This document shows, in pieces, positions 1-11,989 of a stretch of DNA of 64,000 nucleotides. Origin of the DNA: Sphaerodactylus townsendi (Eukaryota). Under the pieces are notes generated by a model, which did not search any database, had not been told where the DNA came from, and saw nothing but the letters and a program-made list of their open reading frames with translations. Position 1 is the stretch's first letter, and the number at the start of each line of letters is the position of its first letter. The stretch lies in assembly GCF_021028975.2 (NCBI RefSeq), contig NC_059434.1:42904001-42968000 (forward strand), written 5' to 3'. Made by a program: the position numbers and the translations under genes.

Positions 1-1995
1 ATTTCTTCTCTTTAGAAGTTTAATACTCTTACACTGGGTCACTTGAACACTGGAATGTTCAAGCAACTGTCTGCAACAAAACATGTGCCCCACCCACTAG
101 GTACATTTATTCCCCCTCCAAACATATCAGTGATTCACCATTTCTCTTTCTCTCACCTCGGTTTATTGAAGGGTTAGATGATATTCTTCTCCCCTGCAGC
201 ACAGGATTCAAAACAGGGACAGCTATTGTACAGTCCTAAGTACACACTCACCAAAGCTCAATTAATTTTAATAGAGGAGTCTAAGAATACAATTGTAGGG
301 TCCTGCCTCCCCCCATGCCTTGTGGCTGCAGGAGAGGGTCCAGGGAACCCAGACTCTGCTTTAAAAAGTCTCATAATTTGACCCTGAGACTCCCATAAGC
401 CTCAATTCACAAGCTTCATGCTGTTCCTGGTTCACATTGTCCATGCTATCCATCAACTCACCAGCTTACAACACAACCCAAAGAGAAGGAAAAATATGGT
501 ATCATCGGATCCACAGAAATTATCTACAAAGGTACACATGATAAATTTTGCGGTAGTGGCTGAAGTCTTGTCTATTGATATGTGAAAACTGGACAACACA
601 CACATGCACACATAGCTGCCTTTGGCATGTCTAAGATGGGAAAGTGGCATGGCCTGAATAGACTAAATGTAAGTAAATTGCTGTAAAAGAAAAGCCTTAT
701 GCAGCTTGCTGAGAGCTGAAGAAAATAAATCTTGACCCATATGGAAGAACCCATTTGTGTCTGCCTCTAATGGCATACATGACTGACTGGGAGGTAATCA
801 TTAATTCTTTTCCCTTTTTTTACAATTTGGTAGAAGAATTGCACTGTATGCTAATTAAGCGCCTTAATAAATTGAAAGAAAAGTAGGATTTCACATGCAA
901 GATGATTCTTATTTCTTCTTGGCCTCAAGCCTAAAATACGAAAATCTAATTGATTTGTTCATTTATATTTTGTACTCTTCTCTTTTAGCCTCCCTCCCAA
1001 ACTCAATATGCTGCTAAAACCTGAACCATTTATAAAATCTCAAATTCTTTTCATTAATGCACAATGTGAAGGGTTAGTTTTGAAAGATGCAATACATAGG
1101 GGTTAGCTGGCACCCCAACGAGCAGTAGATTGGGCCTGACCTTACAAATTCCAAGAGAGAACATCATTTCTCTGCTGTGGATGAAGAGCCTCATTATTTC
1201 TAACATAATTTCTCACATGCCTCGCCACTGAGGTCACACTAAACAGAGTTATGGTTTCTGAACTAGTGCTGAAGCTAATTAACAGTCAGAAGTGGCAAGT
1301 GCCACTTTCTGGAGATTTCTGTGTCTGATGAAACTCCATGCCTCTTTTGCCATTTGTTTGCTCTTAATTCATGTTTCGTGTTTTACTATAGATTAAGGGA
1401 TTGGATGGATGGAGACTCATCTTGGAGGAGGGCATCCCTGCTCTTAGAGGAAGCATGAATCTGTGCTTTTCAGGGAGCATTAATCTACACTGCGAAGGTC
1501 TTTTAGTGTGGAAAATGATTGTGCAAGTACCTTGTTCTCAAACATTAACAATATTTTCAATTAGCTTGTGGATGTACCAGTTCAGCACACATATCAATCT
1601 GAGCCATGGTGGACTGGGGGGGGGGGGGAGCTCTGTTTTATAACAACAGTGTCTCTACCTGTCCTGCCAACCCTTGGGGTGCCTTTCAGTGCCCTGCAAA
1701 AATAGGTAGTTGATTCTCTGCAATGGGTAGTGTACCTACAAGGACCGTAAATCTTTTCTGGACTTGCCCTCACCCATATCTGCCTTGCAAAATAACCTAT
1801 TGCTCCCTTCCTAATGGGATTAAAGGTAAGATAGTACCTTGCCTTAAAAGCCCCTGCTTCCCACCTCCAGCCCTGGACTATATGCCTCACTAAAACAAAG
1901 AATTTGCTAATATGTTTGCTCCTAGTGTCCCTCTCAGTACAGCGCTAATCTTGAACTCTTTCCTCTGATTAATTTCTCTCCAGTGACCACCTTAT

Positions 1996-2036
1996 TTACA
2001 TCCCTTTACATTTACATCCCTTTACATTTACATCCC
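1996..2036. repeat. Short tandem repeat of tttacatccc/tttaca
   Basis: Three copies of tttacatccc interspersed with tttaca. Confidence 0.8.
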
Positions 2037-2279
2037 ATTGTTTTGCAGCCATGATTGAATCAGCTCCAGCACTTCCTGGCTTAGCCCATTAGCACTAAGT
2101 GTCAAACTTTAATTTTGATTAGTTAACCCATCAATTTGAGTATCACTTTTCTCTTGTATTTCCCTAGAAAGGCAGAACTCCCTGTCTTGGGAGATTAAGG
2201 GTCACTCTGTATAACCCCGAGGGTCTCTTTTTCCCTGTAAGATGCCCCCCTTCCCAGTAGCCAGTATTCAATAACTATG

Positions 2280-2480
2280 GACACCTCTCTGTCTGATATT
2301 GTCCCACAATACAGTAGGACTATAACATCTTGCAATTTGGATATTATGCCCCTGCTGATACACCCCAAAACCAAAGCCTTTTTTTGCTATTGCATCATAC
2401 TCACAGCTCATATTCAGCTTACAGTTCCCTCATTCCCCAAGATATTGTTCACACACGCTAGGGTTTGGCCATTCCACCTT
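2280..2480 (-). mobile_element. Old, degraded CR1 LINE ORF2 fragment
   Basis: Resembles the reverse of the CR1 LNMSxQCxxxAKKAxxxLG region and parallels the younger copy at 30050-30200. Confidence 0.45.
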
Positions 2481-4846
2481 TGGATTGGGTCAAGATAAGA
2501 AGTTTTCATCTTACTGGCAGGTTTAAAGTTAACTGTTTTCATACTTCAGAGTGAAAAAGTGGGGACCTTACCTTGATTAGGCTACTGTGAGCCAGTCTGC
2601 ATGGGCACAAAGACCCAGGAGAACCAAAATGATTCCTGAGATTAAGTTTGAGGGCAAGATAATGACTTTAGTTTCTTCCTTTATTGAGTCACCAACCATG
2701 GACTGGGCAGACATATCCAAGCATATGAAGAAATTGGGTGACATCCTCAACATTGAAAAGTCTTCTGTTCTTGAGAAAGATATACCGCAGAGCTGGGGGG
2801 AGATTGCAGCTGCTGTGATTCCAGCTTTCCCAGAGCCTTCCTTATAACCTGGATGAAGTTGATGAAAGATGAATTCAGAAAAAAATGGAAGAAATGTCAG
2901 GCTTCATAATGAGCTGAAGAAAAGAACTGGGACAAATTGGTTGGATCTTCTTATTCTCTTCTGCTGAGTTGGATCCTATGACTATCCTCTGTTCAGTCTT
3001 GCTTCAAGAGAGAAAGAGTTCCTTCAATGGAGAATGTTCTGTTCCCCAAGCAAAACTGTTTCTGGTGCCCTGTACCCGGCCAGAACAGAGTGGGAGAGTC
3101 ACAAGCAAGGTTTAACAGTTCAAACAAAAGGTTTAATTTTTAGAAGAATGGAGACCCTAACTCCTCCCAGGGTCTGCCAAAAATAAATTACTTGCTTGAC
3201 TGGACAGTAGAAGCTGTAGACTTTTGTTCTTTCTTTGACTGTTTCCAGGAAAGTCCCCTTCTTTAAGTTCCTTGAATCTTTATCAGGCTACTATTCTCTG
3301 TAAACCTCAACTTTGTGTTCTCTGTACACCTTTGACGTGGCAAAATACTGCTGCCTCCTGACTCCTTAGGCACCTGTACTGAACTGAACTGAGTTAAACA
3401 AGGGCATTGCTGGGAGATAACAGAAAGACTGCCTCTTGGGAAACTTCTTAAAGGGACAGGGTCTAACAAAAATTCCCTCTCTTTGGAGACTATACAGAGG
3501 ACTAAACCCATGCTAGCTATGGGAAACTGATACTTAACAATGAAAATAATAAAGGCTTCTATGGGGGCATGACAGAGAATGACTTTTTTCTCATGGAGAA
3601 AGGCTTCCTCTAATGTAAAAAAAGTCATTATTGAATGAAACCTCTCTCTATTCAAAGAAAATTTGATGGAAGAAGATGCAGGTTAGAAGGGATTTTTCTT
3701 CATTTGGTCATTTACAGTGCCATTTTAAACAGAATTGCACTCTTCCAAGCCCATAGGATTTTAGTGTTCAGGTCATAAATTAGGTGTGTCCTCAGATTAT
3801 TAGGCAAACCTGGAATTCTAGGATTGGGTAGTGGTCCAGAGACTTGAGAGTAAGTTGGTGATAAGTAACGTATTTTATCCTGCTTGATATAATTTTAATG
3901 AGGGTTTTGATCTGATTTTGCCATCTTTACACATTCCAGAACTTTGAAGGGAATTAATTTAAATTTTTTGCAGTTAAGTAACTTGTGGCTGAGATTTGGC
4001 AGACAGTCACTTGTGTGATACGGGGGCAGTAGTCTGACACTTTTGAGCCTTCGCTGAACCAGTGACGAAAATTATTACAAAAACTAAGACCCTGTAGGCG
4101 CTATCATATTTCCTTCTTCCTGTCAAGCATCAAGAGAAAGCAAAATATGAAGAAAGAGCCTGAAGTAAAATAAGTGCAAAGAAAGACTCTCCTCTCCATT
4201 CTGACTCAAATTAGCAGGCAAGTCTGTCCATTTGAAAGCCAAAGCTAAACTCCAGTGAATGTCAGTTCAAATTAAACCCTGGGGTGGCAAGCCACAGTGA
4301 ATGGGCTCACGATGCTCCCCATGATATATAGAACTCCTAGCAATATAAAAATGGTGAGATGATAAAAAAAGGCACTTGGAAAATTTCATCTGTATTCATA
4401 CAGACATGACGAGCCTATTTGGTACTTCCATTATCATTTTTACCAAGGAGTTGATCTCAAGTTCCGCTACAAATATCAGTTTTCTTTATTGGACGCAGGA
4501 GCGCTAACTTTAATCTGGTAGAGGGTTGGAAAACAAATCCTTCACAGGAATTCCAGTTTGCCCACATTAAGATCATAGACTGCAGCATAGCAGACATTAG
4601 ATTCTGTATTTGTACTTGATCAGTTTTTAATTCTAAAATGTCAGTGAGATGGGCAGCCCAATACATATGGGGGGAGCGAATCTGCAGAGGAAACAGAAGA
4701 GGTCCATGCCAATGACTTTCTCCCCTCCACCATGTAAGGGGCAGCCCTGCTGGCACAGGAAGCAAATGTGCCAGCAGGCAGCTGCCCATCTGCTCTGCAG
4801 CAACAAAACCCAGAAGTCCAAGGAACAGGAGAGCTGCACTGATGTC

Positions 4847-5425
4847 CAGAGATATACTGGGGCGAAATGATGCCTGGGGCAACAACTACTCTGAGCATCC
4901 CAAGCCCTGCCCCTGTGCCCTCCGCACCCTACTTTCCTTTGCAAGCCTGCAGGGAGGCCGGGGGGCAGGGCTTAGCAGTGGATGGCTTGGGCGGGCACTG
5001 TGGTGGCAGGCTGGCTCCTGCCCTCCAGGGGCCGGCCTGTTGCCATGGCACCTGCCTGGGCTGCCTTCCTCTGGGCCCTGCCCACCCTGGGAGGCCAGGT
5101 AGACTGAAGGGAGGCCGGGGGTTGGACTTGGCAGCAGGCTCCTCAGAGGGATGGCTGGGGTGGGGGACACAATGGTGGGCTGGTTCCTGCCCTCTCCAGC
5201 CTCCCTGGGGTGCAGGAGCCAGCCTGCGGCCACAGCAAATTGCTCAGACAGCAAGCTGCACCCCGGCATGCAGGGAGCTGCCAGGCACTGGCCAGATTGC
5301 CACACCATGGGAACAGCCAGGCACAGAGACCTGGCCAGTGCCCAGCTCCCCCACACACACATGATGAAATGGCATACGCCCTGGGACTTGGGATATCCTA
5401 TGTCCCCATGTTCAGTACACCCCTG
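4847..5425. mobile_element. Old non-autonomous hAT-like DNA transposon with GC-rich interior
   Basis: Termini cagagatatactg and cagtacacccctg form an imperfect terminal inverted repeat (TIR). Flanks ctgatgtc / ctaatatc match 6/8 as a TSD. Confidence 0.55.
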
Positions 5426-5765
5426 CTAATATCCTGAGTGGACACCAGCATAGAGGGGTCATGCCAAGGTGTTCCCAGGGGTGGAGCCAACACGTCAGCT
5501 TCCAGGCTGGGAACGCTGATCCCACACTCTCAGACATGTGCCATACCTTTGTGCAGTGTAAGCTATTCACATCAATAGGGCAATTTGGGCAACAGGACGG
5601 ATTTCTTGCTTCCTTCCCTGCTACACCATCCAAAAGCCCCTTTGGAGATGTCATGGCACTGCCTTTGCCACACTGACATTTAGCTGGTAGATGCTTTTAT
5701 TCCCTATGTTTGTAATCAGATTGTTGGTGCCAATCATAACTGTGACAAAGCCAAAATACATTTGA

Positions 5766-5860
5766 CTCAAGTGGCAGAGCTGGGAATCAAACCCGGTTCC
5801 TCCAGATCAGAGTGCACCTGCTCTTAGCCACTGCTCTTAGCCACTACGCCACTGTTGCTC
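5766..5860 (-). mobile_element. 5' fragment of a Squam3-like tRNA-derived SINE
   Basis: Nearly identical to 9376-9448. Pol III A box (tggcgtagtgg) and B box (ggtttgattcc) on the minus strand. Confidence 0.8.
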
Positions 5861-7049
5861 CTTCAAATGCCCCTTCCTCCTCGGAATTCTGACGCTGGGT
5901 GGTGGACACAACCATAATCTGACTTCAGTGGGAGGTGGAGCCATATATGCATCTGGAGTGTCCAAGTGCATGGAAGAAGAGGGGAAATTTCAAAAAATAC
6001 ATTGGAAAGAAGAATGAGAGAAATTAGAAGACATGCTAGGCAAGAGCCCCCCACCCCTGGTTCCCCTCACTTCCTTAAAAACACTAGGAGGAAGCCACAG
6101 TACCTATGAGCACCAGGTTGTGGGTCCCTGTTATATCTGACAATTTAATTCCTAGTTTAACAATATTTTGGTTCAATATGGGTACAGCACACACGTAAAA
6201 TTGTTAGAGAAACTTTGCTTCCATTTTATCCTTTTATTACAATATAACTATTTGCATCTTTAACATGGACCAACTCAAAAGAAAATTATACCATCCGTTA
6301 CTGCTGCATAGGAAATTAAAGGCAAGCATTTTCATGAGTCCATTAAAATAACTCACCCAAAAGTAAGCAGATCACATGCAAGGAGCCTCTCCTAAGAAGC
6401 AGCTCCTAATCAATTCAGACATATTTCTAGGGAGTTTTTTTTAATCATCTTCCAGCAATAGCTAGCTGTCCCATTTTATATGGGTGCATATTCTTGAATA
6501 ACTAATTATCTTATAACTTCAAACACTGTGAAAAGTTATCTAGAAATGAATAGTTTCTTAGAATGTATAAAAACTGTTCATTATAATAAAAAGTAGCAAG
6601 AATGAAGTATCCTCACAAATAGTGATTCTCTATTGGCCCTCACCCAACACACTCCATCTTTGAACTACATTCACAGCTTTTGTAAAGCTACATATTCTTG
6701 CCATTCTCAGACACTTAGCTCATAGTGGAAAGGAAAAGAAAGGTCCAGAACCAATTAATTCTTACTACTTGTGAGGAAATGGCTTTTCCCACTTGAGTTG
6801 TGAAGCAAACTTTCAACCATTTTTTTTCTCAGCAAGAGTAAAGAGGGAGTTTGTTCAATTGCTTTCCAGCCTCATCTCTGCCACCTTTTTTAGAAATGGT
6901 AATAGAGGTAGCGACAGACAATGGAATGAGTGAAACTCCCCCCTACCATTCTAAGCTGGGATTCCAAAACACTAGAAAGGACTTCAGGAAGAAAAATCTG
7001 GTGCCTCCAGGAAAAAGTTCAAAACAGTTCTGTGATTTTTGGCATTTTT

Positions 7050-8150
7050 TGGCAAAATGTCTAGCAATGTAATCTTTATGTCCATTGCAAAGTTGATTTT
7101 AAAATTATTCTTAATTTGTGCGTTTATATTTCCCATTTTTTTCTATTTTTGTACATATTCTACTCATGTAGTAAAAGGTATCATCCACTTCTTTATATTT
7201 CCAATATTTTCCAACATTCCTTGTTCATTTTCTCAATATCCTTTTAATGGTATATCCCCTATAAAACATCTTGTACCAATTTTCTCTGAATATTTGGCTG
7301 GCTGTAAATTTTATGTATTTCATTCATGGAGTGTTCCATTGTTGAAAAGATATTTCTTCATAATTTTGCATCCATGTAACCATATGTGTTTCCATTTGTT
7401 CTGTTTCTGTATCATATTGGGAAAAAAGTATCATATTGAAAAATCCACCCTAATAAATGTTCTTTTTGTTGCGTTATCACTTTTTCAATTTTGTCAGTCC
7501 CCTTATTACACTTCTTGCTGTATGAATGTCCTTTCGTAATCTTGAAACTAGCTGAAAATATAATAGCATTATCTTTTTACCTCCATCCTTAATTTTTCAC
7601 CAAGACTTAATTTCTCCTAGACTATTTATTGTATCTTCAAATGTTATAAAACTGTTATTACTCCTTACATTCTTGTCATAATAAACCTCTATGGGTAACA
7701 TTAACTGGGGATATTATTTTTTGTATAGATTCCCAAATTCTAAATAGTCCATCTCTAATTACTTGGCTTCTATTTTCATTTCATTTTGTAATTGAATTAT
7801 CAGTTCATAAACAGTTGTGTAAACCTTCTTCCAGATCTTCCATTCCTAATTTTATTACTTTTTGATCTGGGATTTTTGATCTAGTTCACAATCCAGACCC
7901 GACCAGCTGCTTGATAATATTGTTTAATATTAGATACTGCGAGTCCTCCTCTCCTTTTCATCTTGTAAAACTTTAATTCTGATTCCTGATTTTTTGCCAT
8001 CCCTATGAACTGATCTGTCTCTGCCATTCTTACAAGGCTTTTTCTTGTATAGAAATTGGCAGCTTCTGAAATAAAAGATTTGATTTGGTTATTTTTAATG
8101 TGGGGATTGTTTCCTAGCTATGAAAATTTCTATTTAGACCATCTTTTGCA
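7050..8150 (-). mobile_element. Degraded L1 LINE ORF2 3' region
   Basis: Minus strand is A-rich and encodes KFTASQIFRENWYKMFYRG and ECWK...DTFYYM..C remnants, typical of the L1 C-terminal zinc-knuckle region. Many stops; boundaries approximate. Confidence 0.7.
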
Positions 8151-8446
8151 TATCATTTTGTAACTGTCTTGTAGCTGTCTTTTTTTTTTAATTCCCTGCC
8201 ATTTATGACAGCCAAATTTATATTCAGGAGCTTTGAATATAAATGTGTTTGCTTAATGATAGAGCACTTCAGTGCAATTGATGAAGTGAACTCACATCTG
8301 GTCATCCTCCAAAAATTGTTAGTGTTTAAGATGCTACTGGAGTCATATTTCATTTTGATTACAGAAGGCACATCATAGAATGGAAATGGATCAGCTTCAC
8401 ACATAGTGAAGATCCACTTACTGTGTTTGAAAAAGTGGGCTTTAGT

Positions 8447-9887
8447 CATGGACGTAGATAAGGGGGGGTTCTCGGGTTTGACCCCCCTTCATGTCCGAAG
8501 CTCCGCCCCTCTGTTTGTGGGTTTTAAAAACATTTTAGTGCTTTTTTGGTTTTTGGCCTGCAGGGGGCACATTGTTTGGGCTAGCAGCAACAAACTTTCA
8601 GGGATTGTTTGGGGGACTCTCCTGATTATACTACCCGGGTTTGGTGAGGTTTGGTTCAGGGGGTCCAAAGTTATGAACTCCCAAAGGGGGTGCCCCCATC
8701 CTCCATTGTTTTCAATGGGAGCAAATAGAAGATGGGGGCTACACCTTTGAAGGTCCATAACTTTGGACCCCCTGAAGCAAACTTCACCAAACCTGGGATG
8801 TATTATCAGGAGAGTCTCTTATTGATACCACCCAGGTTTTGTGAAGTTTGGTCCAGGGAGTCCAAAGCTATGGATTCCCAACGGGGGTGCCCCATCCCCC
8901 ATTGTTTCCAATGGAGCTAATAGGAGATGGGGGCTACACCTTTGAGGGTCCATAACTTTGGACCCCCTGAAACAAACTTCACCAAACCTGGGTGGTATCA
9001 TTAGGAGAGACTCCTAAAGATACCCTGAAAGTTTGGTGCTTCAAGCTTAACAATTGCACCCCTGACAGCAGGCACCCCCCAAATTTCCACAGATTCTCCT
9101 TTTAGATCTACCCCCTTCGGCATGGATTTAAAGGGAGAATATGAGGTCCTCAGTTTAGAAGAAGAAGAAGAGTTTGGATTTATATCCCCCCTTTCTCTCC
9201 TGTAGGAGACTCACAGGGGCTTACAATCTCCTTGCCCTTGTTCCCTCACAACAAACACCCTGTGAGGTGGGTGGTGCTGAGAGAGCTCTGAAAAGCTGTG
9301 ACTAGCCCAAGTCACCTAGCTGGTGTGTGTGGGAGTGCACAGGCTAATCTGAATTCCCCAGATAAGCCTCCACAGCTCAAGTGGCAGAGCAAGGAATCAA
9401 ACCCGTTCCTCCAGATTAGAATGCACCTGCTCTTAATCACTACGCCACATTGAAAGTGATGCTGTTTCAGGATGGGGGAGAATCCACCCCAAAACAGCAT
9501 CACTTTCAATGTTGTTTAACTAGGGACCCCTGATTCTCCCTTTAAGGTTGATTTAAAAGGAGAATCTGGGCTCCCTAGCTTAAACACCATTGAAAGTGAT
9601 GCTGTTTGGGGGTGGTTTCCAGCATCACAGCGGCTGCCCGGGGTGTGTGTGTGTGCAAAACTCAGATTTTGCACCAGGCTCCATTTTCCCTCTATGCCTT
9701 TGCCCAGAGGGGAGGGGCAGGGGAGGGGAGGGCAGGGGAGTCTGCCATCCCCGACCTCGGAGAGCTGCTTTTATAAGCGCTAGGCCAGAGGCAGGGCTTT
9801 GGGAGGTGTGGTCATGCCCTAGGGGTGGGTGGGGGTGTGGCCCCACCCCGAACCCCCCCCCATAAAAAATCTATACCTATGTCCATG
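8447..9887. mobile_element. Non-autonomous hAT-like element (1441 bp) with internal palindromic repeat array and nested SINE
   Basis: TIRs catggacgtagata / tatacctatgtccatg. Perfect 8-bp TSD gctttagt at 8439-8446 and 9888-9895. Confidence 0.85.
9157..9448 (-). mobile_element. Squam3-like tRNA-derived SINE nested in the hAT element
   Basis: Pol III A/B boxes at the 5' end on the minus strand and a (CTT)n tail at 9157-9172. Confidence 0.85.
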
Positions 9888-11593
9888 GCTTTAGTTCTGA
9901 AAAGCTAATGCTGGAATAAAATTCTGTTCATGTTTAGAATGTGGCTAAACTCCAAGAATCATCCTTTTCCTTTAGTTCTGGATCTTTGCCCTTTCATCCT
10001 TCTCGTGGAGATTCTCAGCTGAAAGCATGAGACCTGCAGTGACCAAAAGAATATTTCTCCTCTCAATAATAAATGTCCATTGATGCTCCTACCAACAAGT
10101 GCACCAGAAAACTAGGAGCGAAAGCAGCAGTTGTCTCCGCCATAACAGTCTTTCTGTCTAGGGAACTGGCCACAGGTGCAAAAGGGAAACATCACTAACC
10201 TGCAGGCAGCAGAACTCAGAGGAAGGGAGGTAGGCTCCAATTTTGCCCTCCCATTGAAGGAAAAGCAACAACCTTGCAGCAGTAAGTGAACTACTTGGCT
10301 CATGCAGATACTTTGATGCTGCCTCCCTCCCTGCCACATTTAGCTGGGATTTGTTGCAGACCTGCTGTGACTGCCTGGCCTCCATTTATTACTGTCTTCC
10401 ATATCCCACACAGCTTCTTTCTTTCTCCATCTTTGTCCATCTCTTTCTGCAGCAGTTGCTGCTCAGTGCTCTGAGACTTAGATGGAAAATACTAGATGTT
10501 TTCTCAATTCCCCCCCGGCCCCCATGAAACACTCAAATACTGGACTTCCCAGATCAAAACTGGGCAGCTGGCAACTCTAGCTGAGTGCTAGATTTGGATA
10601 CACCAAAATAGCTGAGCTAATCCTTTCAGCACAAGTCATGCGGATGTGCTCCTGGACCTCCTGCCAATGAGGACAAAAGTCAGCTGTGAAAGTAGGACAC
10701 TGGCCAACTACCACACAGGCAACCCTTTTGTGGAGGCTGCGGGTGCTAAAAGAATGCCAAATTAGAAGAGTTTTGAATTAAACAATCTGGACACCTTGTT
10801 TAAGAGAGTCTGCCAAAAATATTCAGAGACACACTGATAATAGAAATGAATTACACTGCAATATCGGTTCAGTTATAAAACTGTAATAGTAAAAAATGAT
10901 ACAGTCCACGATTACAGGAAATTATTACTTTAATAGAAAACTCCCCTACAAATAGCATCTCAAAAGGACATAGCTCCAAATAGCTTTCCGGTTTTTTGTA
11001 ACTGTAACCCTTAAGTATCAAAGTGGTTTACATTTATCATATAGGGTTGTCAGGCAGTGCCTGGCAACAGGTGGGAGAGTTGGGGCAGGGGGCAGAGTCA
11101 TGGGAGAAATAGCTTTTTAAAAAAATGAAGTTTCATGTAATTACCAGAAGTTGTCACTGGATATAACAATGGGTAGCTCTATGAATCCAGTTGTTTTTAG
11201 AACTAGTCTTTGTCACTACTGGTAAAGTGTTAGGTCTCAAGCCAATAAATGGACTCTGAAGTATCAATCAGCATTTAATGGTGAGGTATCCAAGCACCAT
11301 ACTTGGCAAAGCCAGTTCTAATGAAACTGGCATTTACAGACCCATATATCTCCTAACAAATCCCCCCTCCCAACTTCCCAGAGGCAGTCTCTGGAACTGA
11401 GATTGCCCCAAGGTCAGCAACAGATAACCAAGGAGCCCCTTGGTCTCCTGCCCACAACAAGATAACAGTTGTAACTCTTTTCTCAAGGGACAGGAGATGC
11501 AGGGGATCCCTAGTTTACCACAAAGCATGCAATGCCATAAAGCATAGGTCAAGGAAAGGATACACAGATGGGAATGGTAACATATAACAGACT

Positions 11594-11809
11594 ATTGTCG
11601 AAGGCTTTCACGGCCGGAATCACTTGGGTGCTGTGTGGTTTCCGGGCTGTATGGCCGTGTTCTAGCAGCATTCTCTCCTGACGTTTCGCCTGCATCTGTG
11701 GCTGGCATCTTCAGAGGATCTCTGAAGATGCCAGCCACAGATGCAGGCGAAACGTCAGGAGAGAATGCTGCTAGAACACGGCCATACAGCCCGGAAACCA
11801 CACAGCACC
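11594..11809. mobile_element. Penelope-like element (PLE) terminal-repeat-derived palindromic insertion
   Basis: Perfect inverted repeat 11625-11716 / 11720-11811. 13-bp TSD catataacagact at 11581-11593 and 11810-11822. The ctgaagatgccagccacagatgcaggcgaaacgtc motif is typical of squamate PLE ends. Confidence 0.85.
11719..11759 (+). ncRNA. Minimal type I hammerhead-ribozyme motif (PLE type); mirror copy on the minus strand at ~11677-11717
   Basis: CTGAAGA-t-gcc..ggc-GAAA-c-GTC with stem I tct/agg (cct/agg on the minus copy), and palindromic ACGT in place of helix III. Confidence 0.7.
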
Positions 11810-11989
11810 CATATAACAGACTGATTACATATATTAAAGAGGCATTGATTGGTTATATCTGGCAGTTACATCATTTCAAGAATGCATTTCAATGGCTCAG
11901 ATACACATCCCCCTAATATAATGATATGAAGCTGCATTTTGTCTTCAACTAGATTTAGTTGTCTTCAACTAAATAGCTTGGCCCAATTT

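Noticed and set aside
3071-3577. Possible reverse-oriented LTR
   Set aside because: TG...CA ends can be chosen but no matching TSD was found; insufficient support.
4457-5676. Cluster of overlapping 70-165 aa ORFs
   Set aside because: GC-rich, stop-poor sequence largely within a transposon relic; no recognisable domain or splice structure.
7039-7539. 166-aa hydrophobic ORF as a membrane protein
   Set aside because: It is the T-rich antisense strand of a degraded L1.
9376-9448. tRNA gene (also 5766-5860 and 55383-55445)
   Set aside because: A/B boxes belong to SINE heads; no complete cloverleaf is evident.
11592-11916. Two ORFs on opposite strands with the same N-terminal peptide, suggesting a duplicated gene pair
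   Set aside because: A direct consequence of the DNA palindrome; no coding evidence.
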